Shown in pieces: positions 28,225-39,918 of a DNA stretch of 64,000 bases; positions within the stretch are counted from its first letter, which is position 1; every line of letters starts with the position of its first letter. Source of the stretch: Paraphysomonas bandaiensis (Eukaryota > Protista > Chrysophyceae). The stretch is taken from the NCBI GenBank assembly GCA_965644295.1, contig CBFFRP010000209.1, positions 62,001-126,000 of the forward strand, written 5' to 3'. The notes below the pieces were generated by a model. That model worked only from the letters and a program-made list of their open reading frames with translations, was not told the DNA's origin and did not search any database. Made by a program: the position numbers and the translations under genes.

Positions 28225-28345
28225 GACTTAAACACCGAACAATTACAACAGATAGACGGAACAACAGACCTGTTTAACACTATATATAGACATGCCGTAT
28301 TTTACTCCCTGTTATCCTGTAAAAAAATATATACACTTATTATAT

Positions 28346-28519
28346 ATGCCAAAAAATCAAGCACAAGTTAACAAAATGATTAATAAAGCTTTGAGAGCAT
28401 CAGTAAACAAAGCTAAACAGGACGTAACCAAACACGCAGAGAACAAGCGTAAGGAGGTAGCCAAGAAGATAAACAAAAAGGCTACATCAGTGAAAAAAAG
28501 AATTAAGAAAAAGCTTTAA
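28346..28519 (+). CDS. Small Lys-rich basic protein, putatively viral
   Basis: MPKNQAQVNK...KKRIKKKL, intronless, ATG preceded by TTATATAT, 35 bp upstream of the next ORF. Confidence 0.45.
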   Translation: MPKNQAQVNKMINKALRASVNKAKQDVTKHAENKRKEVAKKINKKATSVKKRIKKKL

Positions 28520-28554
28520 TTTATTTTAAATTATTATATAACACATATTATATA

Positions 28555-29121
28555 ATGAATTTATTCCCTAGAAATAAATCTTTTATCTATAATTTTACAT
28601 CTATGAATGCCATCGGCGAAACGCCCGAAGATTGTACATTTATATTACCACCTCTACCATATTACGAGGAATGTGATTATTATGAAGTTGAATGCATCGG
28701 TTTTTATATAAACTATGAAAGCTTAGATATATCAGCAATTCCTTTTTATAGTTGCAATGATTTAAATTTCATTGCGGAAAACTTTGCAACAGAAAGCAAT
28801 TGTATTGATATTTGCGAAAATCAATTTCTTGTTTGTGGTACGCATTGTGATAGAAACAGATCATATGCAATATGTTATAATAATAAATGTAAAGTAAAAA
28901 ATACTAAAAATCCAACTACATACAGCCTCATAACTGACACAGGCATAGTAAGAGATAAACCCTTTTGTGTATATGGTGATGAAGAGCCAAAAAAGATACG
29001 ATTTCGTTTATATGATTATAATTTAGAACCCTTGAAAAAAGAAGTTGTAAATTATAATGGTAAAACACATTGGACAGTGTCTTTTGATTTTATACCAATG
29101 TACGAAAGCAGTTTTAAATAA
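28555..29121 (+). CDS. Putative single jelly-roll minor capsid (penton)-like protein of a Polinton-like virus/virophage/NCLDV
   Basis: Intronless AT-rich 188-aa ORF; N-terminal DCTFILP...YEVECIGFYI and C-terminal KIRFRLYDYNLEPL...HWTVSFDF resemble the terminal strands of viral penton proteins. Pattern recognition only. Confidence 0.5.
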   Translation: MNLFPRNKSFIYNFTSMNAIGETPEDCTFILPPLPYYEECDYYEVECIGFYINYESLDISAIPFYSCNDLNFIAENFATESNCIDICENQFLVCGTHCDRNRSYAICYNNKCKVKNTKNPTTYSLITDTGIVRDKPFCVYGDEEPKKIRFRLYDYNLEPLKKEVVNYNGKTHWTVSFDFIPMYESSFK

Positions 29122-29985
29122 GTAACGTATATACAAGTACGTATATATAAGTACGTTTATCTGTATCAAAGGCGAACTGAGTACGACGACCTCAGTACAG
29201 TTCACGCGGCTTTTTTTTTCTTGGAAATGTCCGCGAACGACTTGAGAATTTTATTATAATATAAACCTATTTTTTTATTTATACAGTGTCTATATCACAC
29301 TGTATAACTTATCTGTACAATGCAGTACAATGTACTTATTTTATCAAGCAAAAAAATATGTACCATAATATATAATGAACCAAATAAATACCGTACAGTA
29401 TTCCACTATAAACGGACTGAAGAGCCTAGATTTAGACGATAGGTGAACAGGGTGAGGGGGTAGCCTGCTGGGTGGATGGACCACAGACAAACCATGTTGG
29501 GTTGGGCTGGGTTGTCGTCAGGAGACGGCCCTGTTGTGCAGTGGAGAGGTGTCGAGAGGAGACAGGGGTTGCAGAGAAGGTACATGGGGGCCGTTTGCGT
29601 GGATCTGCTCGCACGAGCCATGCTGTAAGTGGTTGTATCCGTAGAGAACCGTGTAGGAGACGAAGGTGTCTCCTTAGGTGATAGCATATGCATGCGGTCA
29701 GCGCTGCATTGGTGCAGGCACGTTGTTTAACTGAAGTAGTTGAGTAGGGTGAAGGTTGCAAGGCCAGGCAGGGGGACTTGGAGCGTGTACAACATGGTGT
29801 GACAGGTAATTTGTCGGAAGCGTGGTGGTCAACAAAATGCAGCAGTAAGGGAGTGTAAAAGGCCCTGGGCACACTGATGTGACTCAGCCACGGTCTCAAT
29901 AGAGACATTGGGCTTGGAGCTGGTTAATAGGGTGAAACTTTATGTTGGACTGTATTTGCCATCGTAGGGCAGAGAATTGACACCA

Positions 29986-30567
29986 TATATAAAAGTCTGC
30001 TTATTAACAATAAATGTTTGAGATTCAGTACCAGCTTAGTAGCTAGATGAACAGACTAGTCAAACCTAGATAAGTATCTACCATAAACTAACAGGTACAA
30101 CTCTAATGCTCTACTATTTAACACTACAAGAGTTACTTGTGCATCACCGCAAACACCAAGGAGCGACGACTTCCGCTCTTGAAGGTGTATGGAGAGTCCA
30201 ACGGGGTTAATGCTCGTTTAGCCAGGGGAACGCCCTTTGGGGTAGGGCTCCGCAGGGTTGAAAGGGGGTACAGGATCGTGTATTAGGGTGGTGAGCGTAA
30301 CGAGCGTGAGAGACATGGGTTGAGGCGAACGTCTAGGTTCTGGATTATCAAGAGGAGATGCAGTTCGTAATTTGAACCTGGGGCTCAGAAATATCTAGCG
30401 GAGATGCCAACGCCGCGGTTCGGTTATGTGGGGGAAGGCATTGTTATGTATGCGGGAATTGAAGTGTTAGTGTGAGAAGTGGGGGCTGGATGAGACGTGA
30501 GGGGCATCTGCTGCTGTCACCCGAGGACGTGATCCTGCGATGACTCCCCAGCGTGTGCAGGGTAACC
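29986..30567 (-). mobile_element. 5'-truncated LINE copy (3' tail + ORF end)
   Basis: Family 3' tail 29986-30180; EPYPKGRSPG* at 30218-30250 (minus); candidate TSD GACACCA at 29979-29985 and 30568-30574. Confidence 0.75.
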
Positions 30568-31040
30568 GACACCAAACACACGTTGTCAATATGACATATG
30601 GCGACTTCATAAATCTTTTAGAATCGTACAGGCTACATTTCGTGTAAAATTGTTAATACAACTGGCAAGGAGCTGATTTTTTCCCACATCTAAAACAGGT
30701 TTAATGTGAATTCGAGAATACTTCAATGTACCTGTGGTGCTGTGGTGGATAAGTTGCGCCGTTTTAACTGTCACTGCTACAGTGGGAGGTTGTTACAAAA
30801 CTAACATACTTAGAATTATATTTTAAAATATGTAGATTTAAAACACTTTAGTTTTGTCCAATAGGAAGAAAAACGTCCTATTCAATGAAATCTCAATGTA
30901 CAAAGAGCAACTGTATTCATTGATGCTATCGAAATATGTACAGAGTGTTAAAACAAAGGCGTAGTAACTGTAGCAGCGTGGTGGTACATGTCTATCTATA
31001 TAGTTCATAAGATATTTCATGTGATTAAAAAGTTTTGATA

Positions 31041-32986
31041 TATGAAAGTCTTATTATTAGCAGTAGGCATCAAGAACCATCTCCAGATACGTAGTTAGAT
31101 GAAGACTAATCAAGCTAGATCGACTTCTAACAGTAACTAGCTAGTATAAATTCTCCCTCAACAAAGTCGAACTCGCACCTTTTCGTAGTGTTCTGGGGGA
31201 TAAGTACCGGAGAGACTCTCTCTGGGAAACTAACGTAAGCCGCAAACATAGTCAGTGGATATTCTTCTGCCCACTCATAGCCGAATGCTTGTGTGGTACA
31301 AGGGACACCAATAAGTGCCACTTGTGTAGACGTCTTTGGGCCCTGACAAATAACAGGCATCCGGGACAGGGCCCACCTGAAAGGTAACCGGGGTATTGGG
31401 CTGCCTGCTGAAGTCAAACATCCGGGGTGTTCACCTTAAGAACTCACAGCGGAAGTGGTCGCATCTTGGTGCTTGCAGCGATGCACAAGCAGCTTCCGTA
31501 GCGTTAAATAGTAGGATAAAAAAAGTGTGTACTGATTAGTTACAGGTAGAGGTCTAACTAGTTTGTCTAGCATTATCTAGCTACTAAGTTGGTGCAGGTT
31601 TTTAACGCCTACTGCTAATAAAATAAGACTTTCAATATATAGTATAAATTCTCATATCCTACTATGTAATGCTACAGAAGCTACTTGTGTGTCGCCAGAA
31701 GCACCAAGGTGCGACCACTTCCGTTCATATAATGTGAGGGAGAAGCTCTCTATGGACGTGAGTTCTTGAAGTACAGAAGGATTAGTCAGGAGGACGCCTC
31801 TTGGGATAGGGCTCCACAGACAGGACTTTGTGAAGGAAGAGTCTGTATCAGTAAGTCAAATTTTTCAAACCTGAGATACATGGGCGAGGGGGTAGATTGG
31901 GACTCCGGCGTGTCTTGGAATGGCTCGGGCCGCGAGTTGGGCCTGGAGCAGAGGAGTAGCTGACGGAGTTGGCATCGTGGTGTATCCGCTGAGGCGGGGG
32001 AAGTGGAGGAGGAAGGCGACCTGCTGAGGGGCGCGTTAGGTCTCCTCTTTACACGTATTAAGCGTAGAACCTGCGGTTTACGCTGTGTGTTGCTGTATTT
32101 AAATCGTGTGTTGCCACGTGTTTGACGCTGTCTGGGGGGGAGTCGATGTGACCCCTTACTTGCGACAGCATGAAGACAACTACAATCCTGGACCATTTGT
32201 TTTTCTGCAGCTTAAAGCGGTTGAAGAAGGTTAACAACTGCTATGTCGAGGGCACGAAGTCCACGCGAATTTAAGGTGCAGTTATATTGTGCTCCAAAAA
32301 CGCTTTCCTTTTGAGACTCAGTGATAGTTCCTGTGAAGAATCGTTCAACCTACGGGAGTGAGGTATTCCATGCTCCGCTGGAGAGTTTCTTGAAAATGGC
32401 GGTACTCCAAGGTCTGGTAGGGTCTGGTCTAGTTGGAGTTCCCGAAGACACTCCTTGTGTCTCTGGAAGGCGGATTTACGTATCTGAGTGATGGAGATGT
32501 GTGGGCAATCAAGACACATTATGTGTTTGAGCGAGTCAAGTCGAAAGCCACAGCCGGAGCATCTGGCTTTGTTCAGGTCAAGTCCAAATTTTGTTTCAGC
32601 CATATTCCTACCATATCAGGGCTGTATTTGTTCCATATCAGGGCTGTATTAAGTATGCGCTGTCGTAGTTGTGAACTCTTCTTAACCTTGGATCTACCGG
32701 CCAGTTTGTGCGGAAGTATAAGGCACCGCTCTCTTTCCAGTATCCAGGTGCACGATCCAGATTATGACCGTAGAGATGGTCACGGAGCGCAGTATAATTC
32801 TCTAAAGTCCATTGATCACAAAGAGATTGAAAATTAGTGATCATAGAGTGGGTAATATACGACGTCAGTGCCATATTCTGGACGTAAGTATACGTTCCAT
32901 GGCTCTGGCAACATCAATTTCACAGAAAGTGTACTTGTTACGGTCAACATACAACCAGTCTCCACCTGCAACCGCGTCTGCTATGT
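31041..32986 (-). mobile_element. 5'-truncated LINE with C-terminal zinc knuckle, interrupted in its 3' tail by a short element
   Basis: RCSGCGFRLDSLKHIMCLDC (C-x2-C-x8-H-x4-C); homologous to 43060-45009; TSD AAAGTTT(T/A)GATA at 31029-31040 and 32987-32998; frameshifts and stops. Confidence 0.85.
31156..31639 (+). mobile_element. Short non-autonomous retroelement (SINE/SIDE-like), copy 1
   Basis: 14-bp TSD TAGTATAAATTCTC (31142-31155, 31640-31653); 5' head shared with 42288-42721; 3' tail closely similar to LINE tail 44818-45009. Confidence 0.88.
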
Positions 32987-34470
32987 AAAGTTTAGATACA
33001 AATAACAAATGTTGCGGAGCCATATGCAATTTTCTTCAGATTTTGATTGTATAGCATCATGTTTTGTCCCCTATCATTTGAGAAAGCCGCCTGTCGCTAT
33101 CAAGAGTACACGGCTGCAGTATGTCACGAACAACCTTTTGATGTTATAACTGAGTATCAAGGTTCTGGTTGTTAGAATTATACATTTCTCATAAGTTTAT
33201 ATGAAATATCTTTTAATTCATATTTTTTGTATTCTGTATATAAAAGATTCTACGCAAGATCATTACCTTGTGTTGACTGTTCCGTATAGGCGAGCTTTGT
33301 ACGGATTAAATAAATTGGAGACACAGCATGTTTACCGCGGCATTATATCTTTATAAGTTATGTCAAACAGACATACATTGAACTGTCAGGAGAAAACTTA
33401 TATATTTACTGTAGAAAGTTATATACTTTTGTCGGCTAATGATAATTTCACTGTACTGTCTGAATATACACCATAATGTCTGAGTGTTATTTCTCCCTGC
33501 TTATGATGAGGTCAGCATTCACCAAGTTTCCTTATGCGTAGTTGTCTGTTTAAAAATTGAACCTTTTCATAGCATAACTTATAAACAAACGTTATACAAT
33601 ATCGTGCAAAATTTTCTGTGTAACAACTCGTGCAACACTGAGCATGTACATGTAATATATACCCTATTGTAAATAGAATCACTGATGATAAACATTAACA
33701 TATAGAAGGAAGATACAGCTGCAGTCATACTCCGAAACTGTATCTCACGTACAACACTTGCTGCGGGCACCATACTAACTCATGAGGTGTTACGTCATCT
33801 GTGGCGGAAATAGAGATGATAGAGTGGTAACTGTTATTGTGTAAACAGTAATTTTATGGGGTAGAACTATTACCCATACAACCGCATATACATATATTCA
33901 GGAACTATAGCGATATATAGAAGGAAAGGTACATATATATATGTCTAAAGTATCAGTGAAGCGACGTTGGAACGACTTCTCGCTGCTTACGTGAATATAG
34001 TCCCAATTTTCTATAACGTTAAAAGATATAAGCTATTGTTTATGTTTGAATCCCCTCTTATCTATTAGTTTAACCTACCTATGAATCACCCTCCCTATAT
34101 GCTTTAACATACAGCAGCCTCCACCAACCTGCTATGTGCTTATGTAGCTATAGGTCAAAGTAACGGTAAACAAATTAAGAGAATTTCATTACAAAGTCAT
34201 TTTTATAAGAAAAAGGGGGGGTTTATAAGTATATTTCTAAGTTTTCTATTGTTAAAATCCCTATTTTCATAAATTATGATTTCATGAAAAATCATCGTTT
34301 TTTCAGTGAAAGTGAAAAAAAGTGACTTTTTAATGGAAAAACAATAACTTCTCAATGAAATAAACCATAAACAAGTCAATAAAATCGATATATGCATAGA
34401 GATCAATCCATCCATACATGTATATCTATTGAGGTAATCTTTAAACCTTTAGATTCTTAATTATAGAAAG

Positions 34471-35610
34471 ATGAACCGTATTGAAATCTCACCAACTATT
34501 ACAAATCATCATAGAAATGATAGTAATGAAGAATTATTTATACAACAGAATATTATATGGAAACTTATACGAAATAAACAATTTGAAAACTCATTTCTGT
34601 TTATTATCATACTTAATATAATTTTAGCTGCTATAACAGCTGAAAATCGGACTAAATCTACTGATTTAATTGGTTTGATATTTACAATATACTTTTGTAT
34701 TATTATGATACTTCGAATAGCTGGTAATGGGGTGAAAAAAACATTGGCAGATGGATGGGATGTGTTTTCTTGGATAGTTGTTATTATTGCAATAGTTGGA
34801 GACTCACAACGTATTGGCAATGGGCAGTATGTATTAGTTTTTTTTTGCTTTAGATTACTTAGAATGTTCAAATTACTACGAGCTCTACCAACGTTACGCA
34901 TGGCAGTATATGCGGTCCTGACTAGTGTCAGCGTAATAGGCAGTTTTGCCGTTACGTTATTGATATTTATCTTTCCAACTGCAATTCTACTGACAGTTGC
35001 CATTGGTAATAACTCCAAGCTGGTATGTCGTCGTGTATCTCTGTGTGCATTGTATATGTAAACATCAAACTGGTCGTAGTTTATTGAATGAAATAGCGAG
35101 TGTATACCACCTGTCTTCCATACCAATCTATTGTTAACCATGAATTTATATCTGATTTTTCAACAGGCACACGAGATGACTGACGAAGGTACGCTTAACA
35201 AGGAGCTATGGGGAACACTACCGAAGTCCATGCTATCGCTGTTTCAAGTGGCGACCCTCGATTGGGGTGATATTGTGCGCGCATCAGTGCTACAACAGCC
35301 ACTCTTGGCTATTGTATTTATATCATATATCGTTGTAACTGGTTTTGCTGTGAGTAATGTTTTCATTACAATCATTGGCGAGAACTACACCACGATATCC
35401 AGTAAGAATGCCGAGGATGAAGCAGAAGTAGATGGCAAAGACGAAATTTTTAATGAATTTCTAAAAGGTTATCCTGCCACGACTGAGCAAATAGAGTCGG
35501 CCAGGTTAATTCAATTTTCAAACGCTGAAATTGTATGTATGCTGCTAACACTGAATAATCGTATGCTCCAGCATACCCAAGATAATCGCCGTGAAACAGA
35601 GAATTCTTAG
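34471..35610 (+). CDS. Single-domain (6-TM) voltage-gated cation channel, EukCat/BacNaV/CatSper-like, 2 exons
   Basis: FENSFLFIIILN (S1), DGWDVFSW (S3), FRLLRMFKLLRALPTLR (S4), WGTLPKSMLSLFQVATLDWGDIVR (pore), SNVFITIIGENY (S6); in-frame intron 35023-35166. Confidence 0.88.
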
Positions 35611-36625
35611 TTCAATTTATGTTAGAAAGTCTTACTTGTTTACGTGTTAGCAGTTAGCAATATTATAGACGATTCTGATGCTCTGCTTATATTTATATTG
35701 TCTTGTTTACCGACGTTTAGATGATCAGCCATACGCCAATTGCCATGAATATAGTATAGGTATGGCAGCACATGGTAACAGTTAGCAGAGTAATACTTTT
35801 AATTAAAACAAGTCAATCCTATGAGAGAATTGCACTTTATCGCGTTTGCTATCTATTGTTATGAACTACCCAATGAATATTGAGTTTGTTAACACTTTCT
35901 AGAGATTACATGCGGCTATTCTAACGACTTCTAGAGTTAGCAAATAAGTTCAATTGACGACTTGTACTGTTGCTCTGTCAACCAAATCATTCACTCGGCT
36001 AGTAGCTTGTAGACCTAGATCCCGTTTTGCTCATCCTCTATATCAATGAGTCTACACTAAACATGTTTACATCGATATATACTGTCAATGGAGAGTCACA
36101 ATTGCATACATACATGTATAGATTATCGTCGTATTATATTATAAACGTCAAGTACACGGATGTAGTATTCTAGGAAGGGATAGTGCGCAAAATAGTGTGG
36201 TAAGATATATAAATATCTGTTTATTTATTAGCCAAAGTGGTGCTGTCAGAACAGTACTATTCTTGTGGTCTTGCTGATGATAGCTTTATCACATGGACTC
36301 CAATCCCAGCTTCCTCCTTACGATAAACAGAAAGTTTTCTTCTAGAGACAGCCATACCGGACAGTGAAACCATGTGCATATGCACCTTGCTCCGTCGAAG
36401 AGGTTCACAGTTTCAACAGAGACATAAGTGTGTTCTTATGAAGCTTATACATGGCTGTAGCTATAGTGAAGCTGTAGTTGTTGACTGTTACTATCGTGAT
36501 AAGCTTCATATCCACTCGAGTGATCGTCTCATATGAGCGCAGAGGACTCTTACTGTGTTACAACTAAACACTATCAGCTGAAAGATGAGTTGATAAGACT
36601 GTACAATACGAGCCCAGTCTCCTCA

Positions 36626-36626
<1 letters not shown>

Positions 36627-36675
<49 letters not shown>
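36627..36675. repeat. Compound (CT)n(AT)n microsatellite
   Basis: Directly visible. Confidence 0.9.
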
Positions 36676-36850
36676 TGTGGAGGTGTATCTTGGCATGTAT
36701 GTATGTTGGCATCATATGGATATGCTGCTGTGGAGCTGACTGTATGTATCCATATAAATATCCATACGACACACTCCATACATAGAGATAGTATTATGTG
36801 ATTTATATTATGATATAAATCGAATGCACTCATCACCATTCGTGGGTAAT

Positions 36851-36932
36851 GGCAGGATGGCCGAGTGGTTAAGGCGTTGGCCTGCTAAGCCAATGTGCAA
36901 TGCATGCGTGGGTTCGAATCCCACTTCTGTCG
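36851..36932 (+). tRNA. tRNA-Ser (anticodon GCT)
   Basis: Acceptor GGCAGGA/TTCTGTC + G discriminator; D-arm TGGCCGAGTGGTTAAGGC; anticodon arm TTGGC-CTGCTAA-GCCAA; long variable arm; T-arm GTGGG-TTCGAAT-CCCAC; oligo-T terminator about 18 bp downstream. Confidence 0.97.
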
Positions 36933-37266
36933 CAATAGTCCCCGATATATTTTTTTCACTTTATCAAGCTCCCTAATCAAAAATCAGGGTTTTTTATGTA
37001 TCTCACACACAATATTCCTAATATACAGGTATAAAATAGTAGCAACCTTATATATACAGCTATAAATACTCCGTATATCTTAACCGTTACGTATGCTATG
37101 AGTGCTTTGTATGACAGTGCTATGGTACACTGACTTTTTAAGTAGTGTAAATAACCACACCTTTCGACACATTTCATTCTCTCATATTTTATTTAAGTAT
37201 CAGTGCAAACATAGCACCGCAGTGAATTTCATTAGACTAATTGCTCTTTAAGATACGGTCCCACAA

Positions 37267-38127
37267 ATGGGGTCTGCTGCATCATTGAGCGGTGATACTC
37301 AAATCGACATCGACAAAGCAAAAGAGATAGCAGGAGATGCATGGACACCAGAGCTCGAAGCACGTTTCAAATCAGCTGTTGAAGAAAAAAGTCCATTTAC
37401 TTTAGACGATGCTAGGAAACTTGCACCTGAATTGTTTGGAGAAGAAATGGTAGGATTAGAGAAGGTAAAAGAATTGGCTCTTGCAAGCGGAGTAGAGTGG
37501 AATGATGAATTAAACAACATATTTGAGGCGAATGTAGACAAAGAGAAGGGTGAAATACCTTTATCAAAGTGGAAATCTCTTGTGCCAACGCTCTTTGAAA
37601 CTCCCGAAGAGAGGAAGCAGCGTTTAGACGCGGAATTTAGAGCCTTACTGGCGGCTAAGAGCGAGGGCAATGTAGTAGTCAACTACCAAATGTACAACGA
37701 AGAATTCCCCATATCGGAAAACACGTTGACAGCAGCACGCATTGATGAAGACTATGGCTTGACAGATGTCATGCCAGGATGTCGCATCCGCCTTTCAACT
37801 ATAGACTCGAAGGCGCGTACAACGTATGAGAATGCTAACAACTGCGAGGCACCTTGGGTAAAAGAAGATCCAGAAGGGACTTTCCGGGAGTTACTCGCGG
37901 GGGAGAAATATTTTTGCATAGTTATTGAGAACCCAGAGCAGTATGCGAAGGATATGGAGGCTCTGCGGGTGCGATTGGAAGCTGAGGGAGGGGCACCGGT
38001 AGAGAGCAGCGGTAGAGCAGAAGGATGCTCATGCCTATATGGCAACCCCTGCATGGACCAATACATATGCAAGGACTGGGACAACAGATATGCTGTAGCA
38101 AAAGCAAATGGATGGAAAGGGTTTTAA
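37267..38127 (+). CDS. Hypothetical N-myristoylated protein with two internal about 45-aa repeats and a Cys-rich C-terminus
   Basis: Intronless 286 aa; MGSAAS; repeats DKAKEIA..W..ELEARF...LAPELF and EKVKELA...W..ELNNIF...LVPTLF; ends GCSCLYGNPCMDQYICKDW..R...A..NGWKGF. Confidence 0.85.
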   Translation: MGSAASLSGDTQIDIDKAKEIAGDAWTPELEARFKSAVEEKSPFTLDDARKLAPELFGEEMVGLEKVKELALASGVEWNDELNNIFEANVDKEKGEIPLSKWKSLVPTLFETPEERKQRLDAEFRALLAAKSEGNVVVNYQMYNEEFPISENTLTAARIDEDYGLTDVMPGCRIRLSTIDSKARTTYENANNCEAPWVKEDPEGTFRELLAGEKYFCIVIENPEQYAKDMEALRVRLEAEGGAPVESSGRAEGCSCLYGNPCMDQYICKDWDNRYAVAKANGWKGF

Positions 38128-39918
38128 CATTTTATAAGAGTGTTGTGTGTGGTGTCTGCATGAACATGTCCATGTACCATGTATAATGTGTTTATGTTTA
38201 GTCTGACAGAATATTCTGTGCTTTTGTTTCCGTTGGCTGGGTTGTATGTACAGGACGTTATGACATTAAGCCTTTGCAATGCGAATTGGCGTTTGTTGCG
38301 TTATAGGTTGCTGACAGATGATTCAAATAAACATAACAATTGTACTTTATTTTTCGCGTATCCATGGTAGTTACTTGTATTGTTTGTAATGTTATTGTAG
38401 CTCTTTCGATTTTTACATTTTTATAAAAGTGTATAATATTAACAGCATTTTCTATAGCTGGAATACAAACTGAAAAGTTTGGGCATGCAGAGTCCCCACC
38501 TGCTTCCGTCATACAATTATATTGTCTAATATATCTGGAACATAGACTGTGCTATTAATTATGATCACACCGCGTAACTATGAAGTATGAAGGTCTAGCA
38601 TTATATATCATATGCTATTGGCTTTGATTTAACTTCTGCAAATGACGTGAGTGATGAATGGAGGCATCGAGGCATCAGTTCCATAAACTCGATTGCCCTA
38701 TAACACTGATACACCAGCACAGTCTCGGGGAAATGCTTTGAATATATTAATTTATATATGTTTTGATAGAGTGATATGATAAAATTGATACTCCAGAGCC
38801 CGTCAAAACAACTTTATGTGTGCATGTAACATGCAAATTTATCCAAGTTATCTAATTTGAAGTTATATACAGCATCATGTACGTGTTACTGTGGATAAAT
38901 ATACCGTCATGTAGAAACAGGCCAATCTTCGTCGACGAGTAATCTACCCACGGACATGTCATATGGTTCTCCTGACCTATGCAGGGCAGTAAACTATCCC
39001 AGCTTTATGGTATTGGACCTCGAGTACAACTTCGATAATCTCCATATTACCATCTATTAAACACTGCTTGAAACTTGACCACCATTTGCTGCTTATGTCT
39101 TTGGCTCTTATACTCTAATTGTATCTGTTGAGTACGATCTCACATATAGCACACTCTTGAGCTATCTTGTTTACAGCTTGTGGTGCAGCCTCATTATGTA
39201 TATCATCGTTTATATGAGGAGTTGTATCTTTCTCTCTACAACAGCTTTAACTTGAATAATATTCATACTTCTATTTGTATTCGCATTTCTTAAGGGATGC
39301 CCTGTGCCCTTGCTAACACCCTATACATGTATATACAGCTATATGTATGTTATATAAATATAGGGTCAAAGCTGCCAAAAATATCGCTCAAAATGGGCTT
39401 TATTTTACTAAAAAGCATGATATTTATCATAAAAACTAAAAAAACATAAACTAATTACAAAAAAATGTGTAGAAAACTATTAATTTTCTTATGTAGAATT
39501 TTCCAACCGTTTTGTTTTTCAACATACCACCACTAAAAATTCCATACCATAACTATAAACGTATGTACTCTGTATAGTATACTCCTGTATAATTCTATCC
39601 ATTGAAACGTAATACGAATACATCACTTCATCTCTATACATATACATACATATATGCCTATAATATCATCATATTACTTCTATTAATATTTCAACTTCAT
39701 TCTTATATGAAGTCGAAGTGAAATTTGTATCTATACTCCCCCCTATTGATATTATCATACCAGTCTATCGTATATAATATGATAGTATATGGGGATATAT
39801 AGGAGGTTATTCTACTATGTAGAAACCTGTAAAAAAAACTACTACTATTTAATATGATTTTCATTTAATTTATTTATTTATCTGAATATATATATATAAA
39901 AGTATAGTTTTGTGAATA

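Noticed and set aside
29400-29980. GC-rich overlapping ORFs (95-158 aa)
   Set aside because: No recognisable domain; probably decayed retroelement sequence, but no diagnostic tail or TSD found.
34509-35141. 210-aa antisense ORF, and similar shadows such as 37299-38107, 49227-50051 and 10766-11325
   Set aside because: Opposite-strand shadows of well-supported genes, with no independent motifs.
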